NCBI GenBank assembly: GCA_016188545.1 | Contig: JACPHO010000001.1 | Location: 175,336 to 239,335 of the forward strand | Length of the DNA stretch: 64,000 bases | Source: Candidatus Shapirobacteria bacterium | GTDB taxonomy: Bacteria > Patescibacteriota > Microgenomatia > UBA12405 | Reading direction: 5' to 3' | In this document: piece by piece, positions 17,841 through 26,086 of the stretch | Position numbering within the stretch: position 1 is the first letter of the stretch | Layout: each line of letters begins with the position of its first letter | Program-made: the position numbers and the translations under genes | Notes under the pieces: model-generated | Databases searched by the model: none | What the model was told of the DNA's origin: nothing | What the model saw: the letters and a program-made list of their open reading frames with translations, nothing else

Positions 17841-18908
17841 ATGTACAACTACAGGCTTAAAGAAACTACAACTTGGGTTAACAAACTTATTTCCACTCAC
17901 GAATCCGGCACAATTATAGGTTTACCAATGTCTGGTAAACTCAAAACTATTGAGTCTATCTTCGAGTCAAAAAATCAAATAGACCAACTTTTGGTTATCG
18001 ATCTTTCAATTGCTCCAAAGAGAATTTCAGATTTCATTTCTACAATTCAGCCAAAAATTAACCAATTTCTTTCATCGGGTGGCAAAGTTGTCTGTTTAGA
18101 AAACTGTTCAATAAACTCAAAGAAGCGCCGTCATCAACTAAAGGCAACCACTTCAATTCGAACCGAAATGAACCGTTCTTTCATCTATATTTATAGTTTT
18201 TCCGAAGACATTCTTCTAAAAACAAAAACACTTGATAAATATAACTATCTAAGCGGCATTAGAAACAACATTAACTACTTTCCCTATGCCACCCTTAGTG
18301 AAGTACCTGAACTACTCCAGCAAAACAAAATAAGGTTTGACACCAAATTATTTAAGCTATCACCCGGCGAAGTACTTCAAAAAACGAGTGGTGTCCCTTA
18401 TCTAATTAAGACTCTCTTTCGTGACGAGAATCAACTTGGTGAAAGTATTAGACATCTTATCTCTGAGTTTTCCTCCTCTCAGATTAACCATCTTAAACAT
18501 TTAACCCCAGAGACTATCAAATCTTTCCACAAACTCGGCTTGCTAACCAGCAGCGGTGATTTTATTTCTACCTTAATTAAGCAGGAAGTGTCGAACTCAA
18601 AAATTAGTTTGGAACTAATAATTGACTCCGATAAACAAAAAATACTCGTCGGCGCCCAATCAATCATGTCTGACTTAACCAGCTATGAAAAAGAAATTCT
18701 CTTCAAACTAAAAAAAGACCATAAAATTTCCCGTGAAGAAATTGCCGCTACTTGTTATGGCTCCAAAAAATCAGCTGATTATTCTGACTATGCCATCGAC
18801 AAAATTATTTCTCGACTTCGCAATAATCTGACAAATTTAGGTGCTGATCCCTCGGTTATTAAAACCAATCGTGGGTTTGGTTATAGCTTAAATAACCATG
18901 ACCAATAA
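17841..18908 (+). CDS. Transcriptional regulator: degenerate P-loop N-terminus plus OmpR-type winged helix
   Basis: GLPMSGK; LT..E..IL, SREEI, AIDKIISRLR..L, IKTNRGFGY. Confidence 0.78.
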   Translation: MYNYRLKETTTWVNKLISTHESGTIIGLPMSGKLKTIESIFESKNQIDQLLVIDLSIAPKRISDFISTIQPKINQFLSSGGKVVCLENCSINSKKRRHQLKATTSIRTEMNRSFIYIYSFSEDILLKTKTLDKYNYLSGIRNNINYFPYATLSEVPELLQQNKIRFDTKLFKLSPGEVLQKTSGVPYLIKTLFRDENQLGESIRHLISEFSSSQINHLKHLTPETIKSFHKLGLLTSSGDFISTLIKQEVSNSKISLELIIDSDKQKILVGAQSIMSDLTSYEKEILFKLKKDHKISREEIAATCYGSKKSADYSDYAIDKIISRLRNNLTNLGADPSVIKTNRGFGYSLNNHDQ

Positions 18909-19884
18909 GTTTGACACGACCCCAAGGTTAATGCTGCCACTACTTTACGATAATGTCGTACCTCAACCTGGTTTTTCCGAATCCAACCTCAACCAGTTAT
19001 CAGCAATTATGGTTGGCAGTCTACCTCACACCCGGTTTGTTCTTGTTGGTTACTTGGCCGAGTCTGATGCTTATCAAATAACATCGGCTCCATTAGAGCA
19101 AAAACTCGACAGTGACCTCTTCCTCCCTGTTGAAAAAACTGATCCAGAAAGATGGCAGGAAATTGTTCAAGAAAACCAACTTGGTAGCAATCCAAATATC
19201 ATCATCAGTGGAGGGTTTACTTACCTATCTCCTGAGTTATCCTCAAAAAGTGAAGCCGATATCAAAATTGAAGTCTCAGCTTCCTTGGCTCGACACCTGC
19301 CTCAAGACCACGTCTTTAGTCATATCGGTCGAACCCGAGAACCACTGACTGTCGTTGGAGAAAACGTCTCAACTTGGGGTCATACTCGGCGTAGTCAAAA
19401 AGTTGGTGATGAAAAGCCTTATTTAGAAATTGTCCCCTTAGTAACCGATGGAAATCAGTCATTTTTAGACGACGAGCTGGAATTGATTGGTATTTCAACT
19501 GATCTAGCACCACGATACTGCAGTTTTTATCAGGGTGATTATAGTCCACTTGATCTACATCTTCACCGGCCCCAAATTGCCCACCATTCTTTCTTTGGAT
19601 TACCTTCCCTCAATTGGGATTATATTGACTCAGCTCCGGATAGTGGACTACATTGGATCAGAAGAGAGATAAAAGCCCTTTCTCTCTATCAGCAAATTGA
19701 TCCAGAATTATTCTCACAACAAACAGATCTTTTTATGGAGCACGTCAGGAGCATAGTGGAAAGACACCCGCAAGTATTGGAAAACCACCTCTATCTTGAC
19801 AAAATTAACCAAGCCTTAAAATCCCTAGTCCCAGCAGTCCGTTCAATATCAGATATATTGCAACCAGAAGTGATAGTAGCTTAG
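18898..19884 (+). CDS. Hypothetical protein
   Basis: 328-aa ORF overlapping the regulator stop. Confidence 0.7.
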   Translation: MTNKFDTTPRLMLPLLYDNVVPQPGFSESNLNQLSAIMVGSLPHTRFVLVGYLAESDAYQITSAPLEQKLDSDLFLPVEKTDPERWQEIVQENQLGSNPNIIISGGFTYLSPELSSKSEADIKIEVSASLARHLPQDHVFSHIGRTREPLTVVGENVSTWGHTRRSQKVGDEKPYLEIVPLVTDGNQSFLDDELELIGISTDLAPRYCSFYQGDYSPLDLHLHRPQIAHHSFFGLPSLNWDYIDSAPDSGLHWIRREIKALSLYQQIDPELFSQQTDLFMEHVRSIVERHPQVLENHLYLDKINQALKSLVPAVRSISDILQPEVIVA

Positions 19885-20013
19885 GGTTTAGCAGAATTAA
19901 TATTCCAAAGATCAAGGACATTAGTGGCGAAAGGTTAGTTAATCTCATAACTAATTCTATCAATAATACTTTCGTTTTTACTTTTTTCTTTTGAATTTTT
20001 ACTTTTTTCTGGG

Positions 20014-20820
20014 TTATAACCCATACTTTGATAGTGGAGCATTCCCTACCCTAATTCTCGGAAGAGTGTATCTTTGTTTTACACATAGAATATTTCCTTG
20101 TTTAGTTGTGAATGCCATACTGTAGCCAGACTTTGCCAATATTGCCTCGGCATCATTACTTGGTTTTCCGTATGGATACGCAAATACCTTGGCACCATTC
20201 AGCCCTTTTTCTGCAAGCTGAGTATCGGCCAGTCCAATTTCCTTTTCCAGGACTTCCTTTTTATCAAGAGCACTATGGTGAGACCAAGTATGATTACCAA
20301 AATATATTAGTCCAGAATTTTTCATATCATTAATTTCACTCCAAGTCAGATAATCCATAACATCAACCAGACCCGTGGGAGTAAATAAAGTTGCTGGAAA
20401 GTTGTATTTTTTCAAAATAGGATAAGCAGAGAGATAGTTGTCTTCATAAGCATCGTCTAAAGTGATCACCACAGCTTTTTTTGGTAGTGCTCTTTTCCCG
20501 TTAATAAAATCTGCCAATTCATCCATTCGCAGCACGTTGTATTGTTTATCCTTCAGGTATTGCAGATGTTTTTCAAACCATTCTGGCGACACATTCAACC
20601 CAGTCCTTCCTAGTTTTTTAGCCAGTTTCTCTTCTTGAATATGATGGTACATCAGTACATTTACGGTGGCACAAGGTCCGTACTTCTGATTAATTTCAGC
20701 GAAAGTAACTTGGTGGACGGTTGGAGTTAGTGCAATTGTTGGAGTCGGCATGACCGGAGGCAAAAACTCTGTCCGACCAACCCCTAAAAACCAAAAGAAC
20801 GATAATAAAATATTTTTCAC
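20014..20820 (-). CDS. Polysaccharide deacetylase (CE4, IcaB/PgaB-like)
   Basis: LMYHHI, ITLDDAY, HTWSH, FAYPYG, LPRIRV. Confidence 0.92.
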   Translation of the reverse strand: MKNILLSFFWFLGVGRTEFLPPVMPTPTIALTPTVHQVTFAEINQKYGPCATVNVLMYHHIQEEKLAKKLGRTGLNVSPEWFEKHLQYLKDKQYNVLRMDELADFINGKRALPKKAVVITLDDAYEDNYLSAYPILKKYNFPATLFTPTGLVDVMDYLTWSEINDMKNSGLIYFGNHTWSHHSALDKKEVLEKEIGLADTQLAEKGLNGAKVFAYPYGKPSNDAEAILAKSGYSMAFTTKQGNILCVKQRYTLPRIRVGNAPLSKYGL

Positions 20821-20845
20821 GACTTGAGATTATAACTTTTCCGGA

Positions 20846-20898
20846 TTGACAAAACCATCATCTTTTCTTATTCTTCTTATACCCGAATTAAACCCAAA
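20846..20898 (+). promoter_or_regulatory. rarA-operon promoter with downstream candidate SOS operator
   Basis: TTGACA-17-TATTCT; CCGAA-N6-CCAAA at 20883-20898 (reverse complement TTTGG-N6-TTCGG). Confidence 0.6.
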
Positions 20899-20958
20899 GA
20901 CTATCCATAAACATTTTTCCTGTTTTATTCTTAAATCGTAATTCATAAATCGTACTTC

Positions 20959-22131
20959 ATGATTTCCACTCTACCTTTAGCCTCAGTACTACGCCCCAAA
21001 AACCTCGACGACTTCGTTGGCCAGTCTCATTTGGTGGGAGAAGGCAAGCCCTTGAGGTTGGCAATTCAAAACCATCAGATATTTTCAATGATTTTTTGGG
21101 GCCCACCTGGTGTTGGTAAGACTACTCTTGCCAAAATCATTGCTCAAGAATCAAACGCGGACCTCTATGAACTCTCGGCTGTCTCTGCTAGTAAAGATGA
21201 TATTAAGAAAATAATTGGTAATGGTGAACATGGACTTGTCAAAAAGATCCTGTTTCTAGACGAAATCCATCGATTTAACAAAGCTCAGCAAGACTTTCTC
21301 TTGCCTTATGTTGAGTCCGGTATTCTCACCCTAATTGGTGCAACCACCGAAAATCCCAGCTTTGAAGTCATTTCTCCACTTCTGTCTCGCTGTCGGGTCT
21401 TTACTCTTAACGAACTTTCTTCAGAGGAAGTCGGTGAGATTATCAATCGGGCCTGCAAAGTTCTTAAGATCAAAATAACTAAGGTCCCCAAAGATTGGTT
21501 GACAGGAATGGCCAACGGTGATGCCCGTCAGGCAATTACCATGATCGATAATGCAGTTACCCTCTACGGTAAGCTAACGATTGACACTCTCAAGCAGACT
21601 CTCCAAAACTCATTTCTTCGTTTTGATAAGAAGGGCGAGGAACATTACAATACCATTTCGGCTTTTATCAAATCAATGCGGGCTAGTAACCCCGACGCAG
21701 CTCTCTATTATCTTGCCCGAATGGTTGATGCCGGTGAAGACCCTGTTTTTATCGCCAGAAGAATGGTTGTCTTTGCCTCCGAAGATATTGGTATTGCCAA
21801 TTCTTCGGCTCTAATGTTGGCCAATCAAGTCTTCCAAGCAGTTACCCAAATTGGTTACCCTGAGTGTGCCATCAACCTAGCCCATGGAGTAGTTTATCTG
21901 GCCACTTCCCCCAAAAATCGCAGTGCTTACGACGGTCTCCGTGCCGCCCAAGCAGATGTAAAAATGTATGGTAATTTACCAATACCGCTTAATCTCCGCA
22001 ATGCCCCCACCAGTCTCATGAAAGAGTTAGGCTATGGCAAAGGTTATCAAAAATACACCACCGAAGACTTGTTACCAGACAAATTAAAAGGTAAAAAATA
22101 TTTTAAGCCGATAAAGAAAAATGAATCATAA
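20959..22131 (+). CDS. rarA: Replication-associated recombination protein A (MgsA)
   Basis: [45 protein letters not shown]. Confidence 0.96.
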   Translation: MISTLPLASVLRPKNLDDFVGQSHLVGEGKPLRLAIQNHQIFSMIFWGPPGVGKTTLAKIIAQESNADLYELSAVSASKDDIKKIIGNGEHGLVKKILFLDEIHRFNKAQQDFLLPYVESGILTLIGATTENPSFEVISPLLSRCRVFTLNELSSEEVGEIINRACKVLKIKITKVPKDWLTGMANGDARQAITMIDNAVTLYGKLTIDTLKQTLQNSFLRFDKKGEEHYNTISAFIKSMRASNPDAALYYLARMVDAGEDPVFIARRMVVFASEDIGIANSSALMLANQVFQAVTQIGYPECAINLAHGVVYLATSPKNRSAYDGLRAAQADVKMYGNLPIPLNLRNAPTSLMKELGYGKGYQKYTTEDLLPDKLKGKKYFKPIKKNES

Positions 22132-22666
22132 ATACATTATCTATATGAAAGCTGGACCTTATTGTGGCTATTCCCTCGAAGAAATTGAAAAAATAAAAAA
22201 CAATGAAGACAAACTGTACGGCAAATTCTATTGGGGGTATGGCGGGGTCTTTTGTCACCCCAAACGCGTTCTGCCATTTGTCGAAGAAAGTATGAAAAGT
22301 GGCCAAAAAATTTACGTTTACTTTTCCATCACCAACTCAAAATTTAATTCACCAATTCCACTTTGTCATTTCAAGTCAACAAATAAAGAAAATTGGCAAC
22401 CTCTTGAGCCAGAAGTTGTTTTGGTTGGCAATCAGTATTCACTAGTTTGCACCAATTTACAAAAAACAGATTTTAAAATAAATTCAAATGAATATATTTC
22501 AATGTTGGGAGACAAACCGGGTAAAAATCTAAATGAATATATTAGATATCGAGTTGACAAATCGTGCGCTATTTACAATCCGACCATTACCAATGTAAAA
22601 CCAAAAAACATAACCATTTCTTATGTCTCGGAGCTAGTCGAGCCATATTGTATATATGTAAAATAA
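22121..22666 (+). CDS. Hypothetical protein in DNA-repair operon
   Basis: Overlaps the rarA stop; FYWGYGG..CHP motif. Confidence 0.7.
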   Translation: MNHKYIIYMKAGPYCGYSLEEIEKIKNNEDKLYGKFYWGYGGVFCHPKRVLPFVEESMKSGQKIYVYFSITNSKFNSPIPLCHFKSTNKENWQPLEPEVVLVGNQYSLVCTNLQKTDFKINSNEYISMLGDKPGKNLNEYIRYRVDKSCAIYNPTITNVKPKNITISYVSELVEPYCIYVK

Positions 22667-22667
22667 C

Positions 22668-23540
22668 ATGCTCACCAAAATCAACGAATTACAAGCCAAA
22701 ACAATTCTCACCAAATCCGGTCTGCCAGGTGCTGATTGGGTAATTAATCCATATCGTGGCTGCCAAATGGGTTGCATGTATTGCTATGCTGCCCAAATCG
22801 CCAGATGGAAACACCCAAGCGAGGAGTGGGGGAGTTATCTAGACATCAAAATCAATGCCCCCGAATTACTCAAAAAAGAACTGACAAATCTCGAAACAAA
22901 AAACAAATCAAAAGATTTTGGATTTATATTCTTCAGCTCCGTTACTGATCCTTATACTCCACTCGAGGCCAAATATCACTTAACCCGCAGCTGTCTTCAA
23001 GTTTTATCCGATTTTGGGTATGAGGGTAAAATTGGAATTCAGACAAAATCACCCCTCGTTTTAAAAGACATCGACATTTTAAAACTTCTAAAAAATGTCC
23101 AAGTAGGCTTTACCGTAACAACTTTGGACGACAAGGTATCTAGGTTTTTGGAAGTATCAGCTCCACCAGTCAGCGAAAGAATCAGAGCATTAAAAGAGCT
23201 AAGCCGACGAGGTGTCCCCACCTACGCTTTTATTGGCCCGTTATTGCCACATTTTATGAATAGTAAGGCAGATATCAACCACTTACTGGACACACTCCAG
23301 GATGCCGGTGTTGCCGAAGTCTGGTTTGAGCACATTAACTTAAGTTCAAAGATCAAAGCCCGACTTTTCGAATATCTAGAGACCGAGTCTCCTAATTTAA
23401 TTCCCGAGTTTGAAAAGGCTGACAACCAAGAGTATCGGGACAAGTTCAATCAGGTTATCTATGAATGCCTTGAAGGCAGAAATCTCAAACTAGGACTTGG
23501 CAAGGTAATTTTCCATCACGATTTACCCCAGAAAAAATGA
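22668..23540 (+). CDS. Radical SAM protein, SplB/Rv2578c-like
   Basis: NPYRGCQMGCMYCYA, SSVTDPY, TKS. Confidence 0.88.
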   Translation: MLTKINELQAKTILTKSGLPGADWVINPYRGCQMGCMYCYAAQIARWKHPSEEWGSYLDIKINAPELLKKELTNLETKNKSKDFGFIFFSSVTDPYTPLEAKYHLTRSCLQVLSDFGYEGKIGIQTKSPLVLKDIDILKLLKNVQVGFTVTTLDDKVSRFLEVSAPPVSERIRALKELSRRGVPTYAFIGPLLPHFMNSKADINHLLDTLQDAGVAEVWFEHINLSSKIKARLFEYLETESPNLIPEFEKADNQEYRDKFNQVIYECLEGRNLKLGLGKVIFHHDLPQKK

Positions 23541-23866
23541 AAAAAACTTCCCCAACTCCATTTATGAAAAAAGTTTGGGAACTAGCCCTCTCAATCCCTC
23601 CCGGACGAGTTACTACTTATGGTTTACTAACCATTAGTGCTGGCGGTCACCCGATGATGGCTCAGATGATTACTTCTATTCTGGGGCGCAGCCCGGACGT
23701 AGACCGCATCCCTTTTCATCGGATTGTCTATGCCGGCGGGAAAGTCTGGATGTCACCCAAATATCGCAAGGTAAGATTAAAACTATATAAAGAAGAGGGG
23801 ATCATCTTAGATAAAAAAGATAAAATAGCCAACTTTGAAAAGATAGTCTATGGTTTTGGTTTATAA
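23537..23866 (+). CDS. Alkyltransferase-like (ATL) protein, MGMT fold
   Basis: IPPGRVTTYG; PFHRIV in place of catalytic PCHRV. Confidence 0.82.
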   Translation: MKKTSPTPFMKKVWELALSIPPGRVTTYGLLTISAGGHPMMAQMITSILGRSPDVDRIPFHRIVYAGGKVWMSPKYRKVRLKLYKEEGIILDKKDKIANFEKIVYGFGL

Positions 23867-23875
23867 TATTTTTTA

Positions 23876-24313
23876 ATGAGGAAAGATATCCAGGAATATT
23901 TGACCGAAGCGACCGATCTTTCGGCCATCGGACATAGACTAGTTGAGTTTCTGAGATGTCTAAAAAGTCAGGGTAACCCAAAAATCGGGTATGTAGCAGG
24001 CATGATTACTTCTGAGGGGCCAGAGTTTGTCGAGCGTAACTTATTGCGACTGGAGAAATACACCCAACAAATATCTAAAAAGTATCATTTCCCAGTATTT
24101 TCCCAAAATGATATTTTTACACCCGAGGTTTACCAGCTAATCAAAGCATCAGGAGTGACTAGAGAGGAATTTGAGGAATTTTATCGACAGGTTCACGGAT
24201 CAGGTTTAATAACCCACCTGTTTATGACTCCTAGATGGGAGTTGTCACGTGGGGCCACCGACGAGTTGAACACGGCAGTAATGGCCAATCTAACCATAAT
24301 TTATATTGAGTGA
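23876..24313 (+). CDS. DUF4406 / nucleoside 2-deoxyribosyltransferase-like protein
   Basis: YVAG.IT, P.WE.S.GA..E motif. Confidence 0.65.
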   Translation: MRKDIQEYLTEATDLSAIGHRLVEFLRCLKSQGNPKIGYVAGMITSEGPEFVERNLLRLEKYTQQISKKYHFPVFSQNDIFTPEVYQLIKASGVTREEFEEFYRQVHGSGLITHLFMTPRWELSRGATDELNTAVMANLTIIYIE

Positions 24314-24321
24314 CAGGTTAT

Positions 24322-24350
24322 TTGACACACTAAATGAGGGGTGCTACAAT
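24322..24350 (+). promoter_or_regulatory. Strong sigma70 promoter driving the putative ncRNA
   Basis: TTGACA-17-TACAAT with extended TG. Confidence 0.8.
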
Positions 24351-24509
24351 CCGTACATAAATCGAAATTTCAATGATTGCATCGAAACTTTCGGTAGTTC
24401 TTTAAAATTTTGGTTTTGTTCCCGAGATCGACAAGCAGTAAACTAGTTTTACTATTTATCGATCCCGGGAATCTCTCCAAATTTGTTCGTGTCCGATTTT
24501 TACCCGTAG

Positions 24510-24614
24510 TTCGAGTTCCAAGGCAAGTGTAGTGTTCTACCGCAAGCGTACGAGTTCAGCAAGTGTAGTGTTCTACCGCAAGTGTTCGAGTTCCCTGCAA
24601 GTGGCCCCACCGCA
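24510..24614 (+). repeat. Three tandem 36-39 bp modules (CGAGTTC..GCAAGTG..ACCGCA)
   Basis: Exact 24-mer at 24523-24546 and 24559-24582; CGAGTTC at 24512, 24551, 24587. Confidence 0.9.
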
Positions 24615-24846
24615 TCCTACCCCTGGGATGAAAGCTTATTAAAGACACGGCGAATGTTTTGGAGAGACGTCGTGTCGATGGTGAGGATGGCATATGCCCT
24701 CCTCTACCGCGGTCGCCCAAAAGGGCGACCACCACACACAAAAAACCAAAAACAAAAACAAAAAAACAGCAAGACCTTGGACTAAAAATCCTTTGTATAT
24801 ATATTTTTTATATATCCCCAAAGTGTTTTTATTCCGCTGTTTTTTT

Positions 24847-24910
24847 TCGTAATTCCGATGATATCGGAACTGATGAGTTCTGAGACTTATGTCTCTAAGA
24901 ACGAATACGA
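24847..24910 (+). ncRNA. Hammerhead-like ribozyme fold (type III, U15.1-A16.1 variant)
   Basis: Stem III TCGTA/TACGA, stem I TTCCGAT/ATCGGAA, core CTGATGA (24870-24876), stem II GTTCT-GAGAC/GTCTC-AGAAC, core GAA (24903-24905). Confidence 0.7.
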
Positions 24911-24917
24911 CCACTTC

Positions 24918-24941
24918 AATACCCCACATGGGGTATTTTTT
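24918..24941 (+). terminator. Intrinsic terminator
   Basis: AATACCCC-ACAT-GGGGTATT followed by a T-run. Confidence 0.82.
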
Positions 24942-24957
24942 ATGTCACAATAATCTT

Positions 24958-25107
24958 ATGTCTACCGACAAAACTGCTCTAGGCGACCTTAAAATCTTAT
25001 TGACCATCATCTTCTTTGCCAGTTTAATTTGGGGATTTTTTAAGTTCAAAAATAAAATATCTTCCACCGCTCGTCCTGTTCCTTCAACTCAAGTAAATCA
25101 AAAATAG
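24958..25107 (+). CDS. Small single-TM protein
   Basis: 49 aa, one hydrophobic helix; stop overlaps the next GTG start. Confidence 0.5.
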   Translation: MSTDKTALGDLKILLTIIFFASLIWGFFKFKNKISSTARPVPSTQVNQK

Positions 25108-25802
25108 TGTCTATTCACACCGAGCTTCAAAAACTAAACTACTCCGTTGATACCAAGACCCGACAATGGGTTCAAAAATACCTCGGTTCAGATAAACCCA
25201 CACGTTGCATCAAGTCCGCTGTCATCCAGCAGATTGCAAAAGATAAATTAAAAGGAGTCACTAGCCCTAACAACCTTTTTGGTTTGATTGATGATATTTA
25301 TACTCACGCCACTACTTTTGAAGAAATGGCCATTGCCGCCAATATTTTCACCAAAGGCCGTCGCAATCACGACTCATCGGTAATAAAATACTTGGACAAG
25401 TGGCTAAATAAAACCGTAGGTTGGGCTGAAGTTGACAGTCTATGTCAGTCGAGTATCAGTGCGATTGATATGCTAAAAAACTGGTCAAAATGGCGTAAAC
25501 AGCTAAACACTTTTTCCCTCGATAAAAATGTCCATAAGCGTCGTGCATCTATGGTCTTGCTCTGTCGGTCACAACGCGAGTCGGATGACTCCCGCCTATC
25601 AGACTTAGCATTCGAGTTGGTGAATAGATTAAAAGGGGAGAAGGATATCTTGATTACCAAAGCCATCTCCTGGATCCTCAGATGCACCGTAAAGCACCAC
25701 CCAGACGAATTGGCAGTCTATTTAGAAGACCATGTAGACACTTTACCTCGAGTTGCCTATCGTGAAGCCAGTAAAAAATTGGCTACTGGTAAGAAAAACT
25801 AA
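25107..25802 (+). CDS. DNA alkylation repair protein (AlkD-like HEAT-repeat glycosylase)
   Basis: WAEVDSLC, RRASMV, KAISWILR, AYREA. Confidence 0.82.
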   Translation: MSIHTELQKLNYSVDTKTRQWVQKYLGSDKPTRCIKSAVIQQIAKDKLKGVTSPNNLFGLIDDIYTHATTFEEMAIAANIFTKGRRNHDSSVIKYLDKWLNKTVGWAEVDSLCQSSISAIDMLKNWSKWRKQLNTFSLDKNVHKRRASMVLLCRSQRESDDSRLSDLAFELVNRLKGEKDILITKAISWILRCTVKHHPDELAVYLEDHVDTLPRVAYREASKKLATGKKN

Positions 25803-26029
25803 CCAAGCCTTCTCGCTTTTATAGTTCCACCACCATTAACAGTGTCAAGGTAAAAGCCGAGATCAGGTGACAACTCTGCAGCTGTCATGCGTCTAATCCT
25901 TTCTTGCATTTCCTGTTCTTTAACTTGAGCTCGTCGCCTGATTTCTGCTGCGGTCAAGTGTTGTTTTGGTGGCACGACAGGTACTGGAAGTGTATTATTG
26001 GGTCCTTCTTTTGGAGGAAGTTTGGTCAT
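25799..26029 (-). CDS. Hypothetical protein
   Basis: 76-aa ORF with TG-TATAAT upstream. Confidence 0.5.
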   Translation of the reverse strand: MTKLPPKEGPNNTLPVPVVPPKQHLTAAEIRRRAQVKEQEMQERIRRMTAAELSPDLGFYLDTVNGGGTIKARRLG

Positions 26030-26086
26030 TATTTATATCAAACACACCGTGAACGTCCGCAATTATACCATTCCGTTAGTTTCAAC

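Larger units (their letters stand above)
24357..24942 (+). ncRNA. Putative large structured noncoding RNA of unknown family
   Basis: Bounded by promoter and terminator, no credible ORF, successive stems covering most of the length, internal tandem repeats. Confidence 0.6.

Noticed and set aside
24510-24614. CRISPR array
   Set aside because: Only 2-3 units; the intervening parts are short (12-15 nt) and similar to each other rather than unique spacers; no cas genes in the window.
24556-24929. Four short overlapping ORFs from the ORF track
   Set aside because: Mutually overlapping, no convincing initiation signals, low-complexity products; RNA structure explains the region better.
24357-24942. 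RNase P RNA, tmRNA or SRP RNA identity
   Set aside because: No GAGGAAAGTC/P4 signature, no tRNA-like ends and no SRP helix-8 motif seen on either strand.
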